The notes under the pieces were generated by a model. The model worked only from the letters and a program-made list of their open reading frames with translations. It did not search any database and had not been told where the DNA came from. From NCBI GenBank assembly GCA_977862235.1, contig OZ374559.1, forward strand, positions 806,001-870,000: a stretch of DNA of 64,000 nucleotides, read 5' to 3'. This document shows, one piece after another, positions 1 through 14,125 of the stretch. Source of the DNA: Dudresnaya verticillata. Lineage: Eukaryota. Each line of letters begins with the position of its first letter. Position 1 is the first letter of the stretch. The translations under genes and the position numbers were made by a program.

Positions 1-336
1 AGTCTTGAGGCTTCTTTCCCGCGAAGGAAATCATGAGATGTAGCATCTGTATTAACCTCACACACAAAGATAAAAGGAACATACGGCTTCTGAAGGAACG
101 AGCTTTCTCAAGCTTCTTCGCCAACTACCATGTGTGGAGGAGAACACGCCAATGTGTCGAAGGTACCGAAATCTAAAGAACGTCTCACACCATTCACACC
201 ATTCAATGGTACACATCAACTTGCACGGCACTAGTTCACTGCACTTGTAACATGTTTTGCGGAAATGGAACAGAATGTAATAAGCATTCAACCAAGAAGG
301 AATGTTCTTGAACAAAATATTAAGGTTCCGCTTCAC

Positions 337-344
337 TATATAAA
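337..344 (+). promoter_or_regulatory. TATA box (TATATAAA) of the Cys-rich secreted gene
   Basis: About 140 bp upstream of the ATG, in the context GGTTCCGCTTCACTATATAAATCTC. Conserved in all A units and in the diverged paralogs (34495, 39257, 42052). Start context is CCCAAAATG. Confidence 0.65.
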
Positions 345-478
345 TCTCAAGCTATCATCGGTACAAGTGGGGAACAGAATCCACAAGCAACTTCCCCGCT
401 CTGCGGACAAAGGACAACAACTATAGCACACAGCACGCCCTAACCTCAGTTTTCAGAAGTTCTCGACCGGTACCCAAA

Positions 479-937
479 ATGTATTTCCGTCTTGCAATTC
501 TTGTCGCCCTCCTCTTGGCTCCCTTCTCATCTGCTACAACGTGTCCAAACAATGGAATTTGCCTGCCTCGTCACCTGTGCTACGCTCAAGGTCTTCGTCC
601 GCTTCACGGGAATTACTGTGGAGGTCAAGCTGGGGTTGAATGCTGCCCGGGCTACAGGCCTCGAAGATGTTACTATCGAATTCTTAACTACAACATCCCA
701 GGCGTTTGCCAACCGTCGGCCACATGCAAAGGAACTGGTGCATTCTCCGTATCGTCTCCCAGCTGCAGTGGGATAAACCAGTGCTGTGTCGGATCTTCGC
801 TGTTGCACCCAACACCACGGCCTACGAGGCCTCCAGTTCCCACTCGCTATCCTCTTCCGTGCAAGAGTCGAAGCACTAGGACTCTTCAAGTTGCATGCAA
901 AATCAATGAATTCACGAAGCGTGTCTTCAGCTTGTAA
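479..937 (+). CDS. Secreted Cys-rich double beta-defensin-like protein, type A copy 1 (152 aa)
   Basis: Hydrophobic signal peptide MYFRLAILVALLLAPFSSA. Domain 1 is C-x5-C-x5-C-x12-C-x7-CC and domain 2 is C-x12-C-x5-C-x12-C-x5-CC, both with G-x-C. PTPRPTRPP linker, then a basic tail with 2 Cys. Core frame conserved in the diverged paralogs. The fold assignment is inference from Cys spacing. Confidence 0.85.
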   Translation: MYFRLAILVALLLAPFSSATTCPNNGICLPRHLCYAQGLRPLHGNYCGGQAGVECCPGYRPRRCYYRILNYNIPGVCQPSATCKGTGAFSVSSPSCSGINQCCVGSSLLHPTPRPTRPPVPTRYPLPCKSRSTRTLQVACKINEFTKRVFSL

Positions 938-3900
938 TATAGGCAGTATGTCGATGATTGTTCCTCATAATTGGTGTGGGAAGAAATTGTTGGGAATGAA
1001 TCTCTATCCATCCGGTCGTGGTAAACTATTGTTGCTTTTCTCAACTTTGAGAATAAGGGGATGCCTGCTGTTGTTGCGTTTCTGGCGTCAATAGTCCTGC
1101 GACAGTTTGTATTTAAATCCTGAGAAATAACTTGCCTGCACGGGCGACCGTAGCAACTGGCTTGTTGTTCTATGGTATCCCTTGCATCTTCTCGCACTTT
1201 CCAAGCGCGATCAAGGGATTTTCGATTCCTCTGCCAGCTGTCCCGTCATGAATGTGCTTGCAGATAAGCGGGATCATCTTCGCATGGACATATTTGTTGA
1301 TGATAGAAGCTTTACCCACTGTGTGTCTGCAAGCCGTCGGGGTTTTTGTTATTAGCCCTCACTCTTTTCGTGGCTCCGCGGGCCGCGTTTGCGATTAAGG
1401 TATCTATTCTCGCCAACTTCAGAAGCACGAAAACTATCGCAGGGTCTGTGACAGCCTGTGGATGGAACTCCACCCCATGGCGATGGATATTTAAACACAT
1501 ATGGGCGCATTGGGACAGGATTCGAACGGGCTTGGAATGTAGGGGATTGCTTCTTTCATGGCTGTGAAGAAAGAAACCTCCCCTTCTGCTGAAGAGATCA
1601 ACTTCCTACTCGTATTTTGTCTCCTGTTGTTCAACGTGTGGCTCTCAACGTCAATTGACACAAACGTTCCTCCGCTCTACTGAGTGACAGTCCATAACCT
1701 CACTTATGGAGTTTCTTGCTATTCCTCAGTAAAGTTGATCTCTCTCTGACTTTTTGTCTCTCTCTCTCAATCTAACATGTTGCAGCATTGAGATAATCGT
1801 TTTCGGGGCGTTGTACGGTGGAGTACCATGGGTTATATCCATCCATTGCGAGAGATGTGATGCATCTATCGAGTAAGACGACAGTTGGTTGCTGTGGCTT
1901 CTCTAAAAATAAAGCATCGCGCTCTCACCCCCAACGGAATTGAGTTCGAGGCCAGCAGCGATCTTAATAAGCAAGCATCCCTTTATCGTAATAGGAAGAG
2001 GTGGCACACACCTTTAATGTAACCTAAGGAGCAACTCTGGGAAAAAGGTCTAACTACTACCTCGAACCCTATAATAAAGGTCCCCATCTCTATAACTACC
2101 AGAACATATAGCAGGAGGAGGAGGAGGAGGAGGAGATAGGTTGCGGCGATTCACGCTAACGGCAACAGGAAATACATTGAAGAACGAGCGTAGTAAGGGA
2201 CAGTAATAGAGATAACATCTCAGTGATGCGGGAGGTCCCTTTCTTGACAGTAATGTTATGCATTGAATGTAATCAGCGATGCGTTGAATAGGAGTGTCAA
2301 AACCGAAACCAATGCGGCCGTAAACATCAATAACCATCAAGCAAGCATCCCTTTAATCGCAATAACCGTAGCATGCAAATGAATATCCAGGTTTCCACGC
2401 TCGCGATGATATTGTGACAGCTTGACCTGTTCACGTTAGGCGATAGCTTGGATATTCACTACCTTTCCTGTTGTGGTTTGTTCGGTGATGAGCTAGGTTG
2501 AATGCATAGGTTGCACTCTAATGTTACATTATTTATTTTCTTCTGCTTGTCCCTGCGCGTGTAACTGTGGCCTCATGCGCTGTAAAAGCAGCAGGCAGTG
2601 TTTGTTCTGCTTCAACACCGAAATTGTGATGAAACTGCCGCTTCTCTCAACAATTGCCTTCAAATAAACAAAAGATGAGATGTGAAAGCGAACTCAGCGG
2701 ATGACACCCCTATGTACTATAAAGAGCCTGACAACAAGACAGTATTGTGTCGAGAAAAAGGGGGAAGCAGCCAGATCCTATCGGTTCACAGTCGGCGATA
2801 CGATGTTATACAACACAAAGATAGAAAAAGTAGGATATAGTCAACTAAGGAGTGAGGAAGACCAACTTCAAATTTAGTCCAAAACTAGTGCATCGGTCAA
2901 GCCCAGGCCACGAACTGAAGCGTAGAGGGATTTTGTTGTATAACAGGAAAGTGAGTGACGGAGAAACAGGTTTACTGCAATACATCAAACCCTCAAGATT
3001 CCAGCTGTAATATCAGCTGTGTTGACTTCATAAAGACGTCCAAGCCGTTTAGATTTATGGAATTTAAGTGAGTACTGTTGAATTGAATGATGATGTTTTA
3101 TTAAGACTTGAGAAAAAAAGAAGGAAGCTCTAAAGACATTTCTCTGTGAAGCAAACACCGTTGCAGCACAAAGCCTACGATTCACATTGATACCTGCAAA
3201 GTGCAGAATACTCAAGACTAGGATAGAGGATAATGTGCGATATTCCTGAGAGGGATTAGTGCCTTGACGGGAGGAGATGTATTGCGCAGGTGCCTGGAGG
3301 TATTAGCGACTGTGACACACGGCACCCGGAAACTGTAGACCAACCAGTTCGTTGAGGTCTCCAATTCGAAGAATATGCAAGGCCAAGCAGTGCCCAGACG
3401 GGGCAGGACAATGGACTAGGATGGCCGTGTCACAAACAGATCGACGCAAGTCGGCATCGCACAGAGGGCCGGTAGTGCAAACGTTAAGTACCACAAATTG
3501 GACTCAATGATGGAACAAAGTGAAGAGTGTGAGGAAGGCGCTCCGCTGCTCTACAACTCTAATTCTAACGTTCTGTTTTCCCACGTGATACTTTGTTCTT
3601 CAGTCGCCTCGTGGTCATTCTCTCAAATACTTTTCCGGATGGCCTGCTGTACCATTGCTTCCTATTATTGAGCGTAGGGACCACAACTGCGATTGCCAAT
3701 GCTGCGGGTCCCTGCACTCAGGCACCTCACTCCCCCATTCCCTATTCAGCCATCACCGTATGTACCATAGTATGTGGGAATTAGCAGGGACCATATCAAA
3801 GCCATTGGAACATGACAACCATGCTACTTTTTGTATGGCTTGTCATTCAACTCAGAACAACATTGCTGTGCAATGAACATTCCTAAATAGCATGTACAGA

Positions 3901-5027
3901 ACGATGTACTCCCCCTTGGTTCATGGTCATTCCTTCTGCCTTCACCATTCAACCTCACTTCGATCCACTACTGCTCCACTCTACCAAATGGCAACCGCAA
4001 AACGAGGGTACAACAGTGCGATAACAGCACAACACATTAATCTGTATCGCGATATTGTGTCGTGAATTGTAGCTGAGTTTAAAGAACGTAGCAGTTGCCG
4101 CAGTACACCAACCGTAGGGCGCTGCCGTAAACCTCTGAAGACCAGCCGATACCGACATGTTTAAAGTTCTCACTATCACAACACACATTCTATGGACCAT
4201 AACAACCATTTGAATATCTTTTTACCCCAGCTAATGCTAGTTGCAATAAGACTCACTGCTCGAACGTCGATGCATTCCGTGGTATGAAGATACAGGGATG
4301 ATGCCCTCGCATTCCGAGCTCGTCAACCATCTCTGGGATACTCTTGAGACGAAATCCTTCGCACTTTGGGATGAATGTTGTGACCCTATAGGCCAAGGAA
4401 ATGAACGGTTCACAGCTACAGGATTCTGAATACCCGCGCATTACGCAGCGTTTCAGCCGGAGAACGCCAAATTCTATTTCGGTACTTCAAGGGGAAAGGT
4501 AAAAGGAGCTCTGCAACCTCCCACTTTAGCTTCCACTCAGTGTCAAGGCAGTCTTGAGGCTTCTTTCCCGCGAAGGAAATCATGAGATGTAGCATCTGTA
4601 TTAACCTCACACACAAAGATAAAAGGAACATACGGCTTCTGAAGGAACGAGCTTTCTCAAGCTTCTTCGCCAACTACCATGTGTGGAGGAGAACACGCCA
4701 ATGTGTCGAAGGTACCGAAATCTAAAGAACGTCTCACACCATTCACACCATTCAATGGTACACATCAACTTGCACGGCACTAGTTCACTGCACTTGTAAC
4801 ATGTTTTGCGGAAATGGAACAGAATGTAATAAGCATTCAACCAAGAAGGAATGTTCTTGAACAAAATATTAAGGTTCCGCTTCACTATATAAATCTCAAG
4901 CTATCATCGGTACAAGTGGGGAACAGAATCCACAAGCAACTTCCCCGCTCTGCGGACAAAGGACAACAACTATAGCACACAGCACGCCCTAACCTCAGTT
5001 TTCAGAAGTTCTCGACCGGTACCCAAA

Positions 5028-5486
5028 ATGTATTTCCGTCTTGCAATTCTTGTCGCCCTCCTCTTGGCTCCCTTCTCATCTGCTACAACGTGTCCAAACA
5101 ATGGAATTTGCCTGCCTCGTCACCTGTGCTACGCTCAAGGTCTTCGTCCGCTTCACGGGAATTACTGTGGAGGTCAAGCTGGGGTTGAATGCTGCCCGGG
5201 CTACAGGCCTCGAAGATGTTACTATCGAATTCTTAACTACAACATCCCAGGCGTTTGCCAACCGTCGGCCACATGCAAAGGAACTGGTGCATTCTCCGTA
5301 TCGTCTCCCAGCTGCAGTGGGATAAACCAGTGCTGTGTCGGATCTTCGCTGTTGCACCCAACACCACGGCCTACGAGGCCTCCAGTTCCCACTCGCTATC
5401 CTCTTCCGTGCAAGAGTCGAAGCACTAGGACTCTTCAAGTTGCATGCAAAATCAATGAATTCACGAAGCGTGTCTTCAGCTTGTAA
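5028..5486 (+). CDS. Secreted double defensin-like protein, type A copy 2
   Basis: Identical translation to 479..937. Confidence 0.85.
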   Translation: MYFRLAILVALLLAPFSSATTCPNNGICLPRHLCYAQGLRPLHGNYCGGQAGVECCPGYRPRRCYYRILNYNIPGVCQPSATCKGTGAFSVSSPSCSGINQCCVGSSLLHPTPRPTRPPVPTRYPLPCKSRSTRTLQVACKINEFTKRVFSL

Positions 5487-8400
5487 TATAGGCAGTATGT
5501 CGATGATTGTTCCTCATAATTGGTGTGGGAAGAAATTGTTGGGAATGAATCTCTATCCATCCGGTCGTGGTAAACTATTGTTGCTTTTCTCAACTTTGAG
5601 AATAAGGGGATGCCTGCTGTTGTTGCGTTTCTGGCGTCAATAGTCCTGCGACAGTTTGTATTTAAATCCTGAGAAATAACTTGCCTGCACGGGCGACCGT
5701 AGCAACTGGCTTGTTGTTCTATGGTATCCCTTGCATCTTCTCGCACTTTCCAAGCGCGATCAAGGGATTTTCGATTCCTCTGCCAGCTGTCCCGTCATGA
5801 ATGTGCTTGCAGATAAGCGGGATCATCTTCGCATGGACATATTTGTTGATGATAGAAGCTTTACCCACTGTGTGTCTGCAAGCCGTCGGGGTTTTTGTTA
5901 TTAGCCCTCACTCTTTTCGTGGCTCCGCGGGCCGCGTTTGCGATTAAGGTATCTATTCTCGCCAACTTCAGAAGCACGAAAACTATCGCAGGGTCTGTGA
6001 CAGCCTGTGGATGGAACTCCACCCCATGGCGATGGATATTTAAACACATATGGGCGCATTGGGACAGGATTCGAACGGGCTTGGAATGTAGGGGATTGCT
6101 TCTTTCATGGCTGTGAAGAAAGAAACCTCCCCTTCTGCTGAAGAGATCAACTTCCTACTCGTATTTTGTCTCCTGTTGTTCAACGTGTGGCTCTCAACGT
6201 CAATTGACACAAACGTTCCTCCGCTCTACTGAGTGACAGTCCATAACCTCACTTATGGAGTTTCTTGCTATTCCTCAGTAAAGTTGATCTCTCTCTGACT
6301 TTTTGTCTCTCTCTCTCAATCTAACATGTTGCAGCATTGAGATAATCGTTTTCGGGGCGTTGTACGGTGGAGTACCATGGGTTATATCCATCCATTGCGA
6401 GAGATGTGATGCATCTATCGAGTAAGACGACAGTTGGTTGCTGTGGCTTCTCTAAAAATAAAGCATCGCGCTCTCACCCCCAACGGAATTGAGTTCGAGG
6501 CCAGCAGCGATCTTAATAAGCAAGCATCCCTTTATCGTAATAGGAAGAGGTGGCACACACCTTTAATGTAACCTAAGGAGCAACTCTGGGAAAAAGGTCT
6601 AACTACTACCTCGAACCCTATAATAAAGGTCCCCATCTCTATAACTACCAGAACATATAGCAGGAGGAGGAGGAGGAGGAGGAGATAGGTTGCGGCGATT
6701 CACGCTAACGGCAACAGGAAATACATTGAAGAACGAGCGTAGTAAGGGACAGTAATAGAGATAACATCTCAGTGATGCGGGAGGTCCCTTTCTTGACAGT
6801 AATGTTATGCATTGAATGTAATCAGCGATGCGTTGAATAGGAGTGTCAAAACCGAAACCAATGCGGCCGTAAACATCAATAACCATCAAGCAAGCATCCC
6901 TTTAATCGCAATAACCGTAGCATGCAAATGAATATCCAGGTTTCCACGCTCGCGATGATATTGTGACAGCTTGACCTGTTCACGTTAGGCGATAGCTTGG
7001 ATATTCACTACCTTTCCTGTTGTGGTTTGTTCGGTGATGAGCTAGGTTGAATGCATAGGTTGCACTCTAATGTTACATTATTTATTTTCTTCTGCTTGTC
7101 CCTGCGCGTGTAACTGTGGCCTCATGCGCTGTAAAAGCAGCAGGCAGTGTTTGTTCTGCTTCAACACCGAAATTGTGATGAAACTGCCGCTTCTCTCAAC
7201 AATTGCCTTCAAATAAACAAAAGATGAGATGTGAAAGCGAACTCAGCGGATGACACCCCTATGTACTATAAAGAGCCTGACAACAAGACAGTATTGTGTC
7301 GAGAAAAAGGGGGAAGCAGCCAGATCCTATCGGTTCACAGTCGGCGATACGATGTTATACAACACAAAGATAGAAAAAGTAGGATATAGTCAACTAAGGA
7401 GTGAGGAAGACCAACTTCAAATTTAGTCCAAAACTAGTGCATCGGTCAAGCCCAGGCCACGAACTGAAGCGTAGAGGGATTTTGTTGTATAACAGGAAAG
7501 TGAGTGACGGAGAAACAGGTTTACTGCAATACATCAAACCCTCAAGATTCCAGCTGTAATATCAGCTGTGTTGACTTCATAAAGACGTCCAAGCCGTTTA
7601 GATTTATGGAATTTAAGTGAGTACTGTTGAATTGAATGATGATGTTTTATTAAGACTTGAGAAAAAAAGAAGGAAGCTCTAAAGACATTTCTCTGTGAAG
7701 CAAACACCGTTGCAGCACAAAGCCTACGATTCACATTGATACCTGCAAAGTGCAGAATACTCAAGACTAGGATAGAGGATAATGTGCGATATTCCTGAGA
7801 GGGATTAGTGCCTTGACGGGAGGAGATGTATTGCGCAGGTGCCTGGAGGTATTAGCGACTGTGACACACGGCACCCGGAAACTGTAGACCAACCAGTTCG
7901 TTGAGGTCTCCAATTCGAAGAATATGCAAGGCCAAGCAGTGCCCAGACGGGGCAGGACAATGGACTAGGATGGCCGTGTCACAAACAGATCGACGCAAGT
8001 CGGCATCGCACAGAGGGCCGGTAGTGCAAACGTTAAGTACCACAAATTGGACTCAATGATGGAACAAAGTGAAGAGTGTGAGGAAGGCGCTCCGCTGCTC
8101 TACAACTCTAATTCTAACGTTCTGTTTTCCCACGTGATACTTTGTTCTTCAGTCGCCTCGTGGTCATTCTCTCAAATACTTTTCCGGATGGCCTGCTGTA
8201 CCATTGCTTCCTATTATTGAGCGTAGGGACCACAACTGCGATTGCCAATGCTGCGGGTCCCTGCACTCAGGCACCTCACTCCCCCATTCCCTATTCAGCC
8301 ATCACCGTATGTACCATAGTATGTGGGAATTAGCAGGGACCATATCAAAGCCATTGGAACATGACAACCATGCTACTTTTTGTATGGCTTGTCATTCAAC

Positions 8401-9576
8401 TCAGAACAACATTGCTGTGCAATGAACATTCCTAAATAGCATGTACAGAACGATGTACTCCCCCTTGGTTCATGGTCATTCCTTCTGCCTTCACCATTCA
8501 ACCTCACTTCGATCCACTACTGCTCCACTCTACCAAATGGCAACCGCAAAACGAGGGTACAACAGTGCGATAACAGCACAACACATTAATCTGTATCGCG
8601 ATATTGTGTCGTGAATTGTAGCTGAGTTTAAAGAACGTAGCAGTTGCCGCAGTACACCAACCGTAGGGCGCTGCCGTAAACCTCTGAAGACCAGCCGATA
8701 CCGACATGTTTAAAGTTCTCACTATCACAACACACATTCTATGGACCATAACAACCATTTGAATATCTTTTTACCCCAGCTAATGCTAGTTGCAATAAGA
8801 CTCACTGCTCGAACGTCGATGCATTCCGTGGTATGAAGATACAGGGATGATGCCCTCGCATTCCGAGCTCGTCAACCATCTCTGGGATACTCTTGAGACG
8901 AAATCCTTCGCACTTTGGGATGAATGTTGTGACCCTATAGGCCAAGGAAATGAACGGTTCACAGCTACAGGATTCTGAATACCCGCGCATTACGCAGCGT
9001 TTCAGCCGGAGAACGCCAAATTCTATTTCGGTACTTCAAGGGGAAAGGTAAAAGGAGCTCTGCAACCTCCCACTTTAGCTTCCACTCAGTGTCAAGGCAG
9101 TCTTGAGGCTTCTTTCCCGCGAAGGAAATCATGAGATGTAGCATCTGTATTAACCTCACACACAAAGATAAAAGGAACATACGGCTTCTGAAGGAACGAG
9201 CTTTCTCAAGCTTCTTCGCCAACTACCATGTGTGGAGGAGAACACGCCAATGTGTCGAAGGTACCGAAATCTAAAGAACGTCTCACACCATTCACACCAT
9301 TCAATGGTACACATCAACTTGCACGGCACTAGTTCACTGCACTTGTAACATGTTTTGCGGAAATGGAACAGAATGTAATAAGCATTCAACCAAGAAGGAA
9401 TGTTCTTGAACAAAATATTAAGGTTCCGCTTCACTATATAAATCTCAAGCTATCATCGGTACAAGTGGGGAACAGAATCCACAAGCAACTTCCCCGCTCT
9501 GCGGACAAAGGACAACAACTATAGCACACAGCACGCCCTAACCTCAGTTTTCAGAAGTTCTCGACCGGTACCCAAA

Positions 9577-10035
9577 ATGTATTTCCGTCTTGCAATTCTT
9601 GTCGCCCTCCTCTTGGCTCCCTTCTCATCTGCTACAACGTGTCCAAACAATGGAATTTGCCTGCCTCGTCACCTGTGCTACGCTCAAGGTCTTCGTCCGC
9701 TTCACGGGAATTACTGTGGAGGTCAAGCTGGGGTTGAATGCTGCCCGGGCTACAGGCCTCGAAGATGTTACTATCGAATTCTTAACTACAACATCCCAGG
9801 CGTTTGCCAACCGTCGGCCACATGCAAAGGAACTGGTGCATTCTCCGTATCGTCTCCCAGCTGCAGTGGGATAAACCAGTGCTGTGTCGGATCTTCGCTG
9901 TTGCACCCAACACCACGGCCTACGAGGCCTCCAGTTCCCACTCGCTATCCTCTTCCGTGCAAGAGTCGAAGCACTAGGACTCTTCAAGTTGCATGCAAAA
10001 TCAATGAATTCACGAAGCGTGTCTTCAGCTTGTAA
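9577..10035 (+). CDS. Secreted double defensin-like protein, type A copy 3
   Basis: Identical translation to 479..937. Confidence 0.85.
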   Translation: MYFRLAILVALLLAPFSSATTCPNNGICLPRHLCYAQGLRPLHGNYCGGQAGVECCPGYRPRRCYYRILNYNIPGVCQPSATCKGTGAFSVSSPSCSGINQCCVGSSLLHPTPRPTRPPVPTRYPLPCKSRSTRTLQVACKINEFTKRVFSL

Positions 10036-13000
10036 TATAGGCAGTATGTCGATGATTGTTCCTCATAATTGGTGTGGGAAGAAATTGTTGGGAATGAATC
10101 TCTATCCATCCGGTCGTGGTAAACTATTGTTGCTTTTCTCAACTTTGAGAATAAGGGGATGCCTGCTGTTGTTGCGTTTCTGGCGTCAATAGTCCTGCGA
10201 CAGTTTGTATTTAAATCCTGAGAAATAACTTGCCTGCACGGGCGACCGTAGCAACTGGCTTGTTGTTCTATGGTATCCCTTGCATCTTCTCGCACTTTCC
10301 AAGCGCGATCAAGGGATTTTCGATTCCTCTGCCAGCTGTCCCGTCATGAATGTGCTTGCAGATAAGCGGGATCATCTTCGCATGGACATATTTGTTGATG
10401 ATAGAAGCTTTACCCACTGTGTGTCTGCAAGCCGTCGGGGTTTTTGTTATTAGCCCTCACTCTTTTCGTGGCTCCGCGGGCCGCGTTTGCGATTAAGGTA
10501 TCTATTCTCGCCAACTTCAGAAGCACGAAAACTATCGCAGGGTCTGTGACAGCCTGTGGATGGAACTCCACCCCATGGCGATGGATATTTAAACACATAT
10601 GGGCGCATTGGGACAGGATTCGAACGGGCTTGGAATGTAGGGGATTGCTTCTTTCATGGCTGTGAAGAAAGAAACCTCCCCTTCTGCTGAAGAGATCAAC
10701 TTCCTACTCGTATTTTGTCTCCTGTTGTTCAACGTGTGGCTCTCAACGTCAATTGACACAAACGTTCCTCCGCTCTACTGAGTGACAGTCCATAACCTCA
10801 CTTATGGAGTTTCTTGCTATTCCTCAGTAAAGTTGATCTCTCTCTGACTTTTTGTCTCTCTCTCTCAATCTAACATGTTGCAGCATTGAGATAATCGTTT
10901 TCGGGGCGTTGTACGGTGGAGTACCATGGGTTATATCCATCCATTGCGAGAGATGTGATGCATCTATCGAGTAAGACGACAGTTGGTTGCTGTGGCTTCT
11001 CTAAAAATAAAGCATCGCGCTCTCACCCCCAACGGAATTGAGTTCGAGGCCAGCAGCGATCTTAATAAGCAAGCATCCCTTTATCGTAATAGGAAGAGGT
11101 GGCACACACCTTTAATGTAACCTAAGGAGCAACTCTGGGAAAAAGGTCTAACTACTACCTCGAACCCTATAATAAAGGTCCCCATCTCTATAACTACCAG
11201 AACATATAGCAGGAGGAGGAGGAGGAGGAGGAGATAGGTTGCGGCGATTCACGCTAACGGCAACAGGAAATACATTGAAGAACGAGCGTAGTAAGGGACA
11301 GTAATAGAGATAACATCTCAGTGATGCGGGAGGTCCCTTTCTTGACAGTAATGTTATGCATTGAATGTAATCAGCGATGCGTTGAATAGGAGTGTCAAAA
11401 CCGAAACCAATGCGGCCGTAAACATCAATAACCATCAAGCAAGCATCCCTTTAATCGCAATAACCGTAGCATGCAAATGAATATCCAGGTTTCCACGCTC
11501 GCGATGATATTGTGACAGCTTGACCTGTTCACGTTAGGCGATAGCTTGGATATTCACTACCTTTCCTGTTGTGGTTTGTTCGGTGATGAGCTAGGTTGAA
11601 TGCATAGGTTGCACTCTAATGTTACATTATTTATTTTCTTCTGCTTGTCCCTGCGCGTGTAACTGTGGCCTCATGCGCTGTAAAAGCAGCAGGCAGTGTT
11701 TGTTCTGCTTCAACACCGAAATTGTGATGAAACTGCCGCTTCTCTCAACAATTGCCTTCAAATAAACAAAAGATGAGATGTGAAAGCGAACTCAGCGGAT
11801 GACACCCCTATGTACTATAAAGAGCCTGACAACAAGACAGTATTGTGTCGAGAAAAAGGGGGAAGCAGCCAGATCCTATCGGTTCACAGTCGGCGATACG
11901 ATGTTATACAACACAAAGATAGAAAAAGTAGGATATAGTCAACTAAGGAGTGAGGAAGACCAACTTCAAATTTAGTCCAAAACTAGTGCATCGGTCAAGC
12001 CCAGGCCACGAACTGAAGCGTAGAGGGATTTTGTTGTATAACAGGAAAGTGAGTGACGGAGAAACAGGTTTACTGCAATACATCAAACCCTCAAGATTCC
12101 AGCTGTAATATCAGCTGTGTTGACTTCATAAAGACGTCCAAGCCGTTTAGATTTATGGAATTTAAGTGAGTACTGTTGAATTGAATGATGATGTTTTATT
12201 AAGACTTGAGAAAAAAAGAAGGAAGCTCTAAAGACATTTCTCTGTGAAGCAAACACCGTTGCAGCACAAAGCCTACGATTCACATTGATACCTGCAAAGT
12301 GCAGAATACTCAAGACTAGGATAGAGGATAATGTGCGATATTCCTGAGAGGGATTAGTGCCTTGACGGGAGGAGATGTATTGCGCAGGTGCCTGGAGGTA
12401 TTAGCGACTGTGACACACGGCACCCGGAAACTGTAGACCAACCAGTTCGTTGAGGTCTCCAATTCGAAGAATATGCAAGGCCAAGCAGTGCCCAGACGGG
12501 GCAGGACAATGGACTAGGATGGCCGTGTCACAAACAGATCGACGCAAGTCGGCATCGCACAGAGGGCCGGTAGTGCAAACGTTAAGTACCACAAATTGGA
12601 CTCAATGATGGAACAAAGTGAAGAGTGTGAGGAAGGCGCTCCGCTGCTCTACAACTCTAATTCTAACGTTCTGTTTTCCCACGTGATACTTTGTTCTTCA
12701 GTCGCCTCGTGGTCATTCTCTCAAATACTTTTCCGGATGGCCTGCTGTACCATTGCTTCCTATTATTGAGCGTAGGGACCACAACTGCGATTGCCAATGC
12801 TGCGGGTCCCTGCACTCAGGCACCTCACTCCCCCATTCCCTATTCAGCCATCACCGTATGTACCATAGTATGTGGGAATTAGCAGGGACCATATCAAAGC
12901 CATTGGAACATGACAACCATGCTACTTTTTGTATGGCTTGTCATTCAACTCAGAACAACATTGCTGTGCAATGAACATTCCTAAATAGCATGTACAGAAC

Positions 13001-14125
13001 GATGTACTCCCCCTTGGTTCATGGTCATTCCTTCTGCCTTCACCATTCAACCTCACTTCGATCCACTACTGCTCCACTCTACCAAATGGCAACCGCAAAA
13101 CGAGGGTACAACAGTGCGATAACAGCACAACACATTAATCTGTATCGCGATATTGTGTCGTGAATTGTAGCTGAGTTTAAAGAACGTAGCAGTTGCCGCA
13201 GTACACCAACCGTAGGGCGCTGCCGTAAACCTCTGAAGACCAGCCGATACCGACATGTTTAAAGTTCTCACTATCACAACACACATTCTATGGACCATAA
13301 CAACCATTTGAATATCTTTTTACCCCAGCTAATGCTAGTTGCAATAAGACTCACTGCTCGAACGTCGATGCATTCCGTGGTATGAAGATACAGGGATGAT
13401 GCCCTCGCATTCCGAGCTCGTCAACCATCTCTGGGATACTCTTGAGACGAAATCCTTCGCACTTTGGGATGAATGTTGTGACCCTATAGGCCAAGGAAAT
13501 GAACGGTTCACAGCTACAGGATTCTGAATACCCGCGCATTACGCAGCGTTTCAGCCGGAGAACGCCAAATTCTATTTCGGTACTTCAAGGGGAAAGGTAA
13601 AAGGAGCTCTGCAACCTCCCACTTTAGCTTCCACTCAGTGTCAAGGCAGTCTTGAGGCTTCTTTCCCGCGAAGGAAATCATGAGATGTAGCATCTGTATT
13701 AACCTCACACACAAAGATAAAAGGAACATACGGCTTCTGAAGGAACGAGCTTTCTCAAGCTTCTTCGCCAACTACCATGTGTGGAGGAGAACACGCCAAT
13801 GTGTCGAAGGTACCGAAATCTAAAGAACGTCTCACACCATTCACACCATTCAATGGTACACATCAACTTGCACGGCACTAGTTCACTGCACTTGTAACAT
13901 GTTTTGCGGAAATGGAACAGAATGTAATAAGCATTCAACCAAGAAGGAATGTTCTTGAACAAAATATTAAGGTTCCGCTTCACTATATAAATCTCAAGCT
14001 ATCATCGGTACAAGTGGGGAACAGAATCCACAAGCAACTTCCCCGCTCTGCGGACAAAGGACAACAACTATAGCACACAGCACGCCCTAACCTCAGTTTT
14101 CAGAAGTTCTCGACCGGTACCCAAA

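Noticed and set aside
1510..1531. GGATTCGAAC, a tRNA B-box-like motif on the minus strand (also GGTTCGAAC near 44595)
   Set aside because: No T-stem or cloverleaf can be formed.
492..1567. Overlapping alternative-frame and antisense ORFs around the Cys-rich gene, repeated in every unit
   Set aside because: Shadow ORFs, many with non-ATG starts. Their recurrence only reflects the DNA repeat, and several change or break in unit 6 and the B/C paralogs.
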